A DNA stretch of 64,000 bases from Mustelus asterias. Lineage: Eukaryota. This document shows positions 50,240-61,290 of this stretch, piece by piece. The notes under the pieces are model-generated. The model saw nothing but the letters and a program-made list of their open reading frames with translations, did not search any database and was not told the DNA's origin. The first letter of the stretch is position 1. Each line of letters opens with the position of its first letter. The DNA is taken from NCBI RefSeq assembly GCF_964213995.1, contig NW_027590156.1, positions 620,001 through 684,000 of the forward strand. The letters are read 5' to 3'. The translations under genes and the position numbers were made by a program.

Positions 50240-51860
50240 CTGCTCTGTGACATTTCACTGTGTAATCCAACAATTAATCCAGTTCCCCTGGATTTCTGCT
50301 CTGTAACATATCACTGTGTAATCTAACAATTAATCCAGTTCTCATGGATTACTGCTCTGTTACATATCACTGTGTAATCTAACAATTAATCCCGTTCCCC
50401 TGGATTCCTGCTCTGTAACATATCACTGTGTAATCTAACAATTAATCCAGTTCTCATGGATTACTGCTCTGTAACATATCACTGTGTAATCCAACAATTA
50501 ATCCAGTTCCCCTGGATTACTGCTCTGTAACATATCACTGTGTAATCTAACAATTAATCCAGTTCCCCTGGATTACTGCTCTGTAACATATCACTGTGTA
50601 ATCTAACAATTAATCCAGTTCTCCTGGATTACTGCTCTGTAACATATCACTGTGTAATCTAACAATTAAAGCAGTTTTCCAACATTAATGCTCTGTATCA
50701 TTTCACTGTGTAATCTAACAATTAATCCAGTTCCCCTGGATTACTGCTCTGTAACATATCACTGTGTAATCTAACAATTAAAGCAGTTTTCCAACATTAA
50801 TGCTCTGTATCACTTCACTGTGTAATCTAACAATTAATCCAGTTCCCCTGGACTACTGCTCTGTAACATATCACTCTGTAATCTAACAACTAATCCAGTT
50901 CACCTGGATTACTGCTCTGTAACATATCACTGTGTAATCTAACAATTAATCCAGTTCCCCTGGATTACTGCTCTGTAACATATCACTGTGTAATCTAACA
51001 ATTAATCCAGTTCCCCTGGATTACTGCTCTGTAACATATCACTGTGTAATCTAACAATTAAAGCAGTTTTCCTACATTCATGCTCTGTATCACTTCACTG
51101 TGTAATCTAACAATTAATCCAGTTCCCCTGGATTACTGCTCTGTAACATATCACTGTGTAATCTAACAATTAAAGCAGTTTTCCAACATTAATGCTCTGT
51201 ATCACTTCACTGTGTAATCTAACAATTAATCCAGTTCCCCTGGATTACTGCTCTGTAACATATCACTGTGTAATCTAACAATTAATCCAGTTCCCCTGGA
51301 TTACTGCTCTGTAACATATCACTGTGTAATCTAACAATTAATCCAGTTCTCCTGGATTACTGCTCTGTAACATATCACTGTGTAATCTAACAATTAATCC
51401 AGTTCCCCTGGATTACTGCTCTGTAACATATCACTGTGTAATCTAACAATTAATCCAGTTCTCCTGGATTACTGCTCTGTAACATATCACCGTGTAATCC
51501 AACAATTAATCCAGTTCTCCTGGATTACTGCTCTGTAACATATCACTGTGTAATCTAACAATTAAAGCAGTTTTCCAACATTAATGCTCTGTATCACTTC
51601 ACTGTGTAATCTAACTATTAATCCAGTTCCCCTGGATTACTGCTCTGTAACATATCACTGTGTAATCTAACAATTAAAGCGGTTTTCCAACATTAATGCT
51701 CTGTATCACTTCACTGTGTAATCTAACAATTAATCCAGTTCCCCTGGATTACTGCTCTGTAACATATCACTGTGTAATCTAACAATTAAAGCAGTTTTCC
51801 AACATTAATGCTCTGTATCACTTCACTGTATAATCCAACAATTAATCCAGTTCCCCTGAT
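50240..51860. repeat. 56-bp satellite, about 29 copies, with two interspersed unit types
   Basis: Unit CTGCTCTGTAACATATCACTGTGTAATCTAACAATTAATCCAGTTCCCCTGGATTA and a variant ...TTAAAGCAGTTTTCCAACATTAATGCTCTGTATCACTTCACTGTG. Confidence 0.95.
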
Positions 51861-52241
51861 TTATGTTTCCCTGTATCAATGTGTAATGGAACCCACTCCT
51901 GATACCGTGATCACACAAACACGGTGAGGGCGCTCCCTCTGGTGGTGATCTGAGGTAAATGGCCTCTGCTTGGGAGATCAGTGAATTCTCAGACTACTGG
52001 AGGATCTTTCTTGTTGCAGGATTACGCTGCTGTATTTTTCTTAGGAATAAGAAAAATACGCTCTGTAACATATCACTGTGTAATCCAACAATTACTCCAG
52101 TTCTCCTGGATTACTGCTCTGTAACATAATACATAATACGCTGTAATACAGTAATACGCTGCCGTATTTTTCTTAGGAATAAGAAAAATACAGCAGTGTA
52201 ATCCTGCAACAAGATCCTCCAGCAATTATAAACTGCCCCTC

Positions 52242-54730
52242 TGGAACATTTGTATCTCTCCCCTCTCACCTTAAACCTGTGCCCTCTAGTTTTAGACTCC
52301 CCTACCTTTGGGAAAATATATTGACTATCCAACTGATCTGTGCCCCTCATTATTTTATAGACCTCTATAACATCACTCCTCAGCCTCCTACGCTCCAGAG
52401 AAAAACGTCCCAGTCTATCCAGCCTCTCCTTATAACTCAAACAATCAAGTCCCGGTCGCATCCTAGTAAATCTTCTCTGAACTCTTTCTAATTTAATAAT
52501 ATCCTTTCTATAATAGGGTGACCAGAACTGTACACAGTATTCCAAGTGTGGCCTCACCAATGTCTTGTCCAACTTCAACAAGACGTCCCAACTCCTGTAT
52601 TCAATGTTCTGACCAATGAAACCAAGCATGCCGAATGCCTTCTTCACCACTCTGTCCACCTGTGACTCCACTTTCAAGGAGCTATGAACCTGTACCCCTA
52701 GATCTCTTTGTTCTGTAACTCTCCCTAACGCCCTACCATTAACTGTGTAAGTCCTGCCCTGGTTCAATCTACCAAAATGCATCACCTCGCATTTGTCTAA
52801 GTTAAACTCCATCTGCCATTCGTCAGCCCACTGGCCCGATTGATCAAGATCCCGTTGCAATCGGAGATAACTTTCTTCACTGTCCACTATGCCACCAATC
52901 TTAGTGTCATCTGCAAACCATGCCACCTATATTCTCATCCAAATCATTAATATACATGACAAATAACAGTGGACCCAGCACTGATCCCTGAGGCATACCG
53001 CTGGCCACAGGCCTCCAGTTTTAAAGAAAGCCCTCTACAACCACACTCTAGAACATAGAACATTACAGCGCAGTACAGGCCCTTCGGCCCTCGATGTTGT
53101 GCCGAACAGTGAAACCAATCTAAAGCCCATCTAACCTACACTATTCCTATATCATCCATATGTTTATCCAATGACCATTTAAATGCCCTTAATGTTGGCG
53201 AGTCCACTACTGTTGCAGGCAAGGCATTCCACGCCCTTACTACTCTCTGAGTGAAGAACCTACCTCTGACATCTGTCCTATATCTATCACCCCTCAATTT
53301 AAAGCTATGTCCCCTCATGCTAGCTATCACCATCCGAGGAAAAAGGCTCTCACTATCCCCCCTATCTAATCCTCTGATCATCTTGTATGCCTCTATTAAG
53401 TCACCTCTTAACCTTCTTGTTTAATTGTCCACCACCATTCACGACTGGATGTGAAGGGACAGCAGCTCTGATCTGATCCGTTGTTTGTGGATTGCTTGGT
53501 CCCACCTCGGAAATGTTGCCTCCGCTGCTTAGCATGCTTAAAGTCCCGTGTTATAGTCACCATATTGGAATCTCAGCTTTAGGGTGCCTGGTGCTGCTCC
53601 TGATATATATTCTTCTACACTCCATGTTGAACCAGAGTTGGTCCCTTGGCTTGATGGTGATGGTAGAGTGAGGGATGTGCCGGGCCATGAGTTTACAGAT
53701 AGTGGTTGAATATTGAGCTGCTGATGACCCACAGCACCTCATGGATGTGCAGTTTTGATCTATGTCTATTCTGAATCTATCCCATTTAGCATGGTGATAA
53801 CAGCCACACAAGATGATGGAGGGTCTTCTCAGTGTGAAGATGGGACTTTGTCTCATATGATCACAATAATTAGGAGCAGGTGCAGGCCATTCAGCCCTCA
53901 AGCCTGCTCCACAATTCAATAAGACTCATGGCTGATCTGACTGTGGCCTTCACTCCACTTTCCTGCTGCTCCATAATCCTTGACTCCTTGTTAATTAAAA
54001 CTCTGTCTCACTCAGCCTTGAATATGTTCAATGACCCACAGCTCTCTGGGGAAGTGAATTCCACAAACTAATGACCTTCGGTGAAGAAATTTCTCCTGAT
54101 CTCTGTCTGAAATGGGAAAGCCCTTATCTTTAAACCGTGCCTCCTGCTTCTAGATTCCCCCACAAAAGCAAACATTCTCTCAGCATCTACCCCGACAAGA
54201 TCCCTCAGAATCTCATGTTTCAAAAAGATCACCTCTTATTCTTCTAATTTTCACCGAGTACAGACCCAACTTGCTCAACTTTCCCCATAAGACAAACTCC
54301 TTCATCCCAGTAATGAGTTTCGTGAACCTTTCCTGAACAGTCTCCAATTTACCGATATCCCTGGTTAAGTCAGGAGACCAAATCTGTACATGTCTCGGTG
54401 CAGTCACACCAATTCCATGTACAGTTGTAGTAAGACTTCTTTACTTTTATTTCCCATCCCCATTACAGAAAACCTTCCTAATTACTTGCTGTTCCTGCAT
54501 GTTCCTTTTCTGTGATTCTTTTAGAAGTTCACCCAGATCCCTCTGTCCTGCAGCATTCTACACTCTTATTTAAATTATATTCAGTTTTTTTTCCATTCTT
54601 CCTGCTAAAGTGGACATTCTCATATTTTCCCACATCAAACTCCATCTGCTGAGATTTTTGCCCATTCACTAAATTATATTTGTCCCTTAGCAGATTCCTC
54701 ACAACTTGCTTTCCTACCTGTCTCCGTGTC
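52242..54730 (-). mobile_element. Adjacent or nested LINE fragments, mostly CR1 (52242-53050, 53050-53420, 53860-54730; another LINE at 53420-53850)
   Basis: FADD and LVRPHLEYCVQFW translations and repeated CR1 3' UTRs. Confidence 0.82.
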
Positions 54731-55854
54731 CACCTGTTGCTTGACTCATCTGAGAGACTGGAGGAAAACTCATGTTGAAGTTAGTTTATACTTGCTATGT
54801 GTAATGATCAAGTAATTGAATTATATTCATCATTTAACCTGATGTGATATTCTGCTCAGTTGTAATCGGTGTAAGACATTAGTATCATGTGACTGGCTCT
54901 TTGTCTGTAGCTGCATCCTTATTTGACAAGCGAAATACATCACATGGCCCGTGGATGGTGCAGAGTTAAACTTTTTATGGTTTAATTACAGAGTACGGAC
55001 TGTGAATCCCATCAAGTCTGGATGAGCTAAGGTCTGGAACTGTTAACTCCCCAGCCATTGACAATTAACAGTTATATTTGAGTTAGAGGCCTTGTTACAT
55101 TGAAACATACATAGAAACTAGAAGCAGGGGTCGGTCATTCACTCCTTTGAGCTACTCTGCCATTTATTATGATCATGGCTGATCATCAAATTCAATACGT
55201 GATCCCGGTTCTCTCCCCATATCCCTTTAGGCCCAAGAGCTGTTTGTAATTCCTTCTTCAAATCACAAAACACTTTGGCCTTAATTATTTTCTGAGGTAC
55301 TGATTTCCCCACATTCACCACTCTCTGGGTGAAGAAAGAAGGGCATGGACAGGGTGCAGAGGGAGCAGCTGTTCCTCTTAGTTGAAGAGTCAGTTATGAG
55401 GGGACACAAGATAAAAGCACAGTCAAGCTGGGGGGAAACCATGGAAATGTGGGGACTGTGGGAAGTGATTCATTTGTTCATTCCACCCCTCCACACCGCG
55501 CCCCCCCCCCCCCCCCCCGCCCGGCTGAAGCACAAGTGGGCTCACCCCCCACTTTATCTTTATCTCATCTCTCTTCACTGACAGCAAAATCTCCATGTGG
55601 GTTAATCCTGAGGTGCGTGAGAAATGTGTCCAGCCGCTCTCTTCCATGACTCTGAGCTCCTGGACACGGAACAGAAACTCCTTTACAATGTGTTTTAGAG
55701 TCAGGAAGAACAACAGTGAATAATGGAAACGGGCTGTCAAATCAGAGATTGGTGTAAAACGGATCTGTTCCTGACTGAGTGAAATGGCAGGTTTAAGTTT
55801 CAAAATGTTAGTGTAACATTTGTGAATCTACCAATGTAAGGTAATGGTAACAGA

Positions 55855-56105
55855 ATCACAGATTACTACAGTGCAGAAGAGGCCCTTTGGCCCATCGAGT
55901 CTGCACTGATGCATGAAAGGCCCTGACCTGCCCACCTAATCCCACTTGCCAGCACTTGGCCCATGTTATGGCCAGGTACTCATCCAGGTACTTTTTGAAG
56001 GATGTGAGGCATCCCGCCTCCACCACCCTCTCAGGCAGTGCATTCCAGACTATCACCACCCTCTGGGTAAAGTTTTTCCTCAAATCCCCCCTAAACCTCC
56101 AACCC
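55855..56105 (-). mobile_element. CR1 3' end fragment
   Basis: Matches the 21228-21490 copy. Confidence 0.8.
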
Positions 56106-56467
56106 CCCACTTTTACGGCGGGCGGCACGGAGCCACCAACTAGCCCTAGCCCCTCCCCGATCCCACCCCCAGGATCGGTGGAGGAGGGGTTCCCCCCGGG
56201 CTCACCTTTCCCGGATTGCGGGCCCCCGTGCGACGGCGGCCCAGTCGCCCCCTCCGCCCCAGACGCTTGGACACCCCCCAGGTCCGGTGTATCCTTCGGA
56301 CTTAGCGTCCACCAAAGACAACAGAGTAAAAGGATGTTCACAATGTTCTGGACACAAATGGTTTCTCTTTATCTGTTCCCTGACCTCTTTGTGGTAAAGG
56401 CAGAATTCTCTGGATAGTAAATTTAAAAAGAAGTTTATTGAATGAAAAAGGTTTACTGAACAACTGA

Positions 56468-56743
56468 GCACGGTGGCACAGTGGTTACTGCTGCCTTACA
56501 GCGTCCCGGCTTGGGTCCCTGTCTGTGCGGAGTCTGCACATTCTCCCCATGTCTGCATGGGTTTCCTCCAAGTCCTCCGGTTTCCTCCCACAGCCCAATG
56601 ATGTGCAGGTTAGGTGGATTGGCCATGCTAAATTCTCATTCAGTGTACCTGAACAGGCGCCAGAATGTGGCAACTAGGGGAATTTCACAGTAATTTCATT
56701 GCAGCGTGAATGTAAGCCTACTTGTGACTAATAAATAAACTTT
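56468..56743 (+). mobile_element. tRNA-derived SINE
   Basis: GGTGGCACAGTGG head through to an AATAAATAAACTTT tail. Confidence 0.82.
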
Positions 56744-57154
56744 AAGACATTGACTTTCACAACTTCATGCGGGTGATCGGTCCGTAGAAGAGTAACCCTC
56801 TCTGGCTCCTTCTTTCACAGGAATTTCCTTGGAACTCAGCCTCGGGAGTTTTCAGAATTTGGTTCACAAGGAAGACCTTCAGAACCTCTACTTTTATCCC
56901 CAAAGTGACCGTTACCTCACGTCAGAGTTGGGCCTGTTGGAACATGACAATTGGTCAATTTGGTCACCAGATTAATTGAATTGGATCCTCAATTACTGAC
57001 ACCACTTTCGCTCATTATCTTAGACAGGAATACAAGAGAACTGGTTCATGCTGTCCCTTTAACTGATTCTATACAATCCCCTTATTCACACAGTTTCAAA
57101 TGTTGAGGCTAATCAGAGCTTGAAGATCTCTCTCGCCAGTACACTACGCCAGCT

Positions 57155-57458
57155 GCGGCACGGTGGCACAGTGGTTGGCATTGCTGCCTCACAGTGCCAG
57201 GGATCTGGTTTCGATTCTCGTTTTGGGTCACTGTCCATGTGGTGTCTGCACGTTCTCCCCGTGTCTGCGTGGGTTTCCTCCAGCCGCTCCTGTTTCCTTC
57301 CCCAGTCTGAAAGACGTGCTGGTTTGGTGCATTGGTCATGCTAAATTCTCCCTCAGTGTAACCCGAACAGGCGCCGGATGTGGCGACTGGAGGATTTTCA
57401 CAGTCACTTCATTGCAGTGTTAATGTGAACCTACTTGTGACACAAATAAATAAACTTT
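57155..57458 (+). mobile_element. tRNA-derived SINE
   Basis: Complete head with A and B boxes, and tail. Confidence 0.82.
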
Positions 57459-57825
57459 AAAAATTTATCTTCATTGCACATTCGTTACATACACAGCAAT
57501 TAAGATTTTAAATTTTAACAGCAAATAAAAACTCAGTCTTTTACTATAACGACTGATTCATTAATTGTAACTCAATTAAGGATCACTGCTTATTCAATCA
57601 CCATGATGCCCCTCCGTGGCCACAGGTATCCTTAATGGTAGGCATGAACCCAGAATGTTTGAGTGATTCAGGTAGATGACTGAAAATTCAATAAAGAAAC
57701 TCTCACGTATGTTTGAGTTACATTGCTGGAAGTAAGCTTCCCAGCGCTGCTCCAATTACGTTTGCATAAGGAATATGGAGTTTAGGGAATGCAGTTGATG
57801 AAAAGATCAACAATTGTCTTCGAAT

Positions 57826-58135
57826 CCATACAGTGCAAAAGGAGGCCATCAAGCTCTTCGAGTCTGCAGTGACTCTCCGACAGGGTATATTTTCCTGGTC
57901 CTCTCCCCTGCTCCATCACCGTAACCCCACAGACTTTTCGTGGCGATTTATTCTAACCCACAAATTTCTGACAAGTTGGCATGCTGAACGCATCTAACCT
58001 GCACATCATTGAACTGTCGGAGGAAAAGGGGCACCCCACACAGACACTGGGAGCATCTGCAAACTCCACGTAGCCTGGAACTGAACCCGGATTCCTGGAA
58101 TTATGAGGCAGCAGTGCTAACCACTGTGACACCAC
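57826..58135 (-). mobile_element. Degenerate HE1-type SINE
   Basis: Decayed head and CR1-like tail. Confidence 0.65.
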
Positions 58136-58651
58136 TGTACCAATTAATGACAGCCAAGCACACACGATGGGGTGAAGGGCCCATCGCACGATCTGCAAAT
58201 GTTCTGAATTTACAGAATTTCTTTGGTGGTTTACACACTTCGCTGTGCGGATGTGAGCAGTGAGGATAAGGTGGTGCTGCTCCATTGGATGACTGTCAAT
58301 GAAACGCAAAATACAGCCATGGTCTGCTCCGCTACTTTTGCCTTCACTGACTTTGCCCGGGTGCAGACAGCAGCGGAATGAATCGTTTCAGCAATTGCTG
58401 ATGGCGAGTAGTGGGGCTGATCAACAAGGAAGGGTCACTGCTTAAATCCGGTGAACATTATCCATTTCCAAACAATCCAAGAGCGGAGAACACACGTGAT
58501 CTTAAGTTTATGTCGTTAACTTTAGCTGTTTCTTATTTACTCCGCCATTCACATGGTCTCTGGTAATGACGGATTCATTAAATGAGACAAATAGAAAGGA
58601 CACATTGATTGTCAGGTAGCAATGTGAAAACTCCGCAACGACGGTAAGTCA

Positions 58652-58664
58652 CGCCACCTGCTGG
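58652..58664 (-). promoter_or_regulatory. Candidate CTCF site
   Basis: Minus strand CCAGCAGGTGGCG, a full match to the core consensus, about 400 bp upstream of the V pseudogene leader. Confidence 0.55.
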
Positions 58665-59060
58665 TGGTTTCGGGTAGCTTTGTTTGTCGAGTTTGTCAAA
58701 ATCGGTTGTCACCCCTTGAATTATTTGAATTAATTTTCAGTCATTTGATAGCGATAAGAAGGTTTACAAAAAATGAGAGGTTGGTATAACAGAGAGACGG
58801 AAGCAATGAGACAGAGTTATGATGAAAGTCACATGAGACACAGAAGGAACCAGAAAATGCGATTCTTTCAGCTCTCATTTATTGGCGGGGAATATCCATC
58901 AGTTCCGGCAGAGTAGCCAATCCTGTCTCTTGGAAATGCCCCTCAGTTTCTCAAAAAATAAACCCAGACTATAACAGGGGCTACCCTTTACACTAGATTG
59001 GAATCACCGGCAGAATTAGAGCGTTTTGTTACTTTGTATCGAAGTGTATACACGGAAACC

Positions 59061-59489
59061 ATGTGTTCTCCATGCTCCTTACTGATAATAATGATCTTGC
59101 TGCCCGGCGAGTCCATTATTAAACGGTAACCATGTCATCCAGTGGTTATTTTTAAACCCTGACTTTTGAGCCAATCTGTATTTGTGTGACAGGAATGAGT
59201 GGCAAAACTTCAGTGTTCCAGGTTCATTTCGAATTGACAATTCGGGAAGGACAGTGTGGACTGGACTGCCGTTACTTGATAACCTGCACTACCCTAACTC
59301 TACTCTGGTACATGCAGTATTCCGGGGAAGCTCCGAGATATTTCCTGAAGAAATATAGCTTAGGGGGTTACGAAAGGTCCCCAAACGGAGGCTTTCTGCA
59401 GATTTGCAGAAGGGAAATGAAACAGTTCCTGTATATCTCGCGGGGGCTCTTCTGTCGGATACTGCCGTGTATTTCCGTGCGATGGAGCA
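59061..59489 (+). pseudogene. TCR alpha/delta-type V pseudogene (leader 59061-59106, V exon 59193-59489)
   Basis: Leader MCSPCSLLIIMILLP followed by G|gcgagt (GC donor); acceptor gacag. Reads GMSGKTSVFQ...LDCRY...LLWYMQYSGEAPRY, then a frameshift, then RLSADLQKGNETV...LSDTAVYFRAM (second Cys TGT>CGT). Confidence 0.85.
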
Positions 59490-59528
59490 CACACTGATAC
59501 AGAGATAGAGCGGATCCAGTCCGAAACC
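59490..59528 (+). other. Degenerate 23-RSS
   Basis: CACACTG, 23-nt spacer, TCCGAAACC. Confidence 0.7.
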
Positions 59529-59552
59529 CCCCAGAATGGGAGTTCCAGTTGG

Positions 59553-59570
59553 TGGCCAGAAGATGGCGCT
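59553..59570 (+). promoter_or_regulatory. Candidate CTCF site about 25 bp downstream of the RSS
   Basis: TGGCCAGAAGATGGCGCT, close to the extended CTCF consensus. Confidence 0.5.
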
Positions 59571-60683
59571 GTCACACTGATCAATCGGGACAAGAATTAA
59601 ACCCAGTGAGAGTCACAGAAAAGAACAAAATATAACCCCCCATGAGAAGAGGTGAGGGACACTTGCGGAATTGTATTCGTTGATTTTAACGCGCATTCAT
59701 AATAAAACTCGCCTTTAGAAATCTATTTGATCTATTTCGTTCAATTAGTGTTTTGAAGCTGTTTCCACGCCTGTCTGTAACACTAAACAACTCTTGTTCA
59801 TCTCCCCTTTTAGATTTCTGGAGCCTTTGGCCCGAGACCAGTCCTCTGGTTTTATTTGATCAGAGTGTGTTGTTGGGTCAGAAACAGTTTATGAAAAATG
59901 AACAGATTTCAGAACTCATTGACTTTGATCATTCAATTGAATTTCACAATCTTTCCCGAACAGTATTCGAATACTCATCTGATTTACAGAAACGAGGAGC
60001 AGCGAGAAACAGATGAACAATGCGGATATGATAAGAAGTTTAATGCTACCCTGGTATTCGGTGGAGACAGTCAGGGAGATGTGGAAACTGGCTGCTCTGA
60101 ACTTCGGATTTATTTGAGAAATCAAAGTCGCAACTTTATGAAATGTGTTCAGGGTGTGGAAGCTGTCTGGAATGTAGCAATAGTGATCAAATAAACGCTA
60201 TGAACAGCTCACCCTCAAAGGCCCCCAGAAACTGAAAAGGGAGATGGAGCGAGTGGTGTTCAATATGGTAAGCAGGCATGGAATAAGAAGGAAAGGACAA
60301 ATAGGGACTTCGGGATCAGAGGACGTCACACAAACATGGAGAACTGTCCGTCTGCTGTGTGTGTGGCGCTTCACGGCCAGGTTTGACGGATGTTTGGGAT
60401 TTTATCACCCATGTCTGATTTTAGAGGAAAACAGAGTTGATTAGCAGCAGAAGGGACGATTTAATTGACACATTCATTATGTGATGGACTTGTCGGCCTA
60501 AAACGGTTCTGCAGTTTGTTTTCTCGGCCTCTCCTGGAAACAGTTGGGTGACAGTTGATCCGTGGTGAATATGGTTTCCTGTCGGTTTGTGTTTGAGCGG
60601 CTGACAGCGCCGCTGCTCATTGTGGCTGCATCTGCCAGAAGTTCTATACAGCAGCGAGGAGCCCTGACTTATCCTGCTGAGAC

Positions 60684-60722
60684 AGTTTTTGTACAGGAGT
60701 CAGGCTGCTTTCCATCACTGTG
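60684..60722 (-). other. Canonical 23-spacer RSS
   Basis: CACAGTG, spacer ATGGAAAGCAGCCTGACTCCTGT (23 nt), ACAAAAACT. Confidence 0.96.
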
Positions 60723-61029
60723 AGGCTGAAAGCGCAGTAATACACGGCCGCGTCAGACAACTGCAGATCCGAGATAGTCAAACTGATGGATTTCTTCGAG
60801 GTTTGGAGGTCAGTCGAGAAACGGATTTTAGCAAAATCTGCTTTATATTCAGTACCCCCCGAGTACTTCCACAGTATGTACTCGGGCTGGGAGTCTGGAT
60901 GCTGTCGGTACCAGTATAAATAATAGTCGGCTTCTGCAGTATCGTAGTTGCAGTTTAATGTCACCACGTCTCCTTCTGTCTTAACATCTGAGGACAGCGG
61001 CTGAGTGACAGAATCGCCATGGGTCAGAT
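60723..61029 (-). CDS. Intact TCR alpha/delta V segment, V exon
   Basis: Acceptor atattttccag; DLTHGDSVTQPLSSDVKTEGDVVTLNCNYDT...YLYWYRQHPDSQPEYIL...RFSTDLQTSKKSISLTISDLQLSDAAVYYCAFS. Both Cys and the Trp are present, there is no stop, and it abuts the RSS. Confidence 0.95.
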
Positions 61030-61135
61030 CTGGAAAATATGTTCAGATAGATAAAGAATAGAGTGACGAGTACTCAACAGTAAGATTCAACCCAAGTTTT
61101 GGAAATGAGTAAACAAACGTGATGTCCAGAAATAC

Positions 61136-61181
61136 CTGTTAGAAATGCCCCCCACACAATCCAGATGCCGAGTACCCGCAT
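61136..61181 (-). CDS. Leader exon of the intact TCR V segment
   Basis: MRVLGIWIVWGAFLT followed by a phase-1 G|gtattt donor; the 106-bp intron joins in frame. Confidence 0.9.
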
Positions 61182-61255
61182 TGTCTCTGTCCGCTCTGTA
61201 AAGGAGGAATCGGATATTTGAAGACACCCATTCTAATCCCCACCCTTAATAATCT

Positions 61256-61290
61256 GATGACGTGTCTCAGAATGCTCACGCGTCAGTTCC
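61256..61290 (-). promoter_or_regulatory. CRE-like motifs in the V promoter region
   Basis: TGACGT (61258-61263) and CGTCA about 75-105 bp upstream of the leader ATG; CRE-like motifs are typical of TCR V promoters. Confidence 0.35.

Noticed and set aside
56820-56975. Acceptor-like site with a short ORF; FG-containing J-like text on the minus strand
   Set aside because: No FGxG motif, RSS or recognisable domain.
58280-58480. Minus-strand V-like scraps (DNVH, AVTLPC, AVFCVS)
   Set aside because: Spacing is wrong, and there is no Trp motif or credible RSS; chance cannot be excluded.
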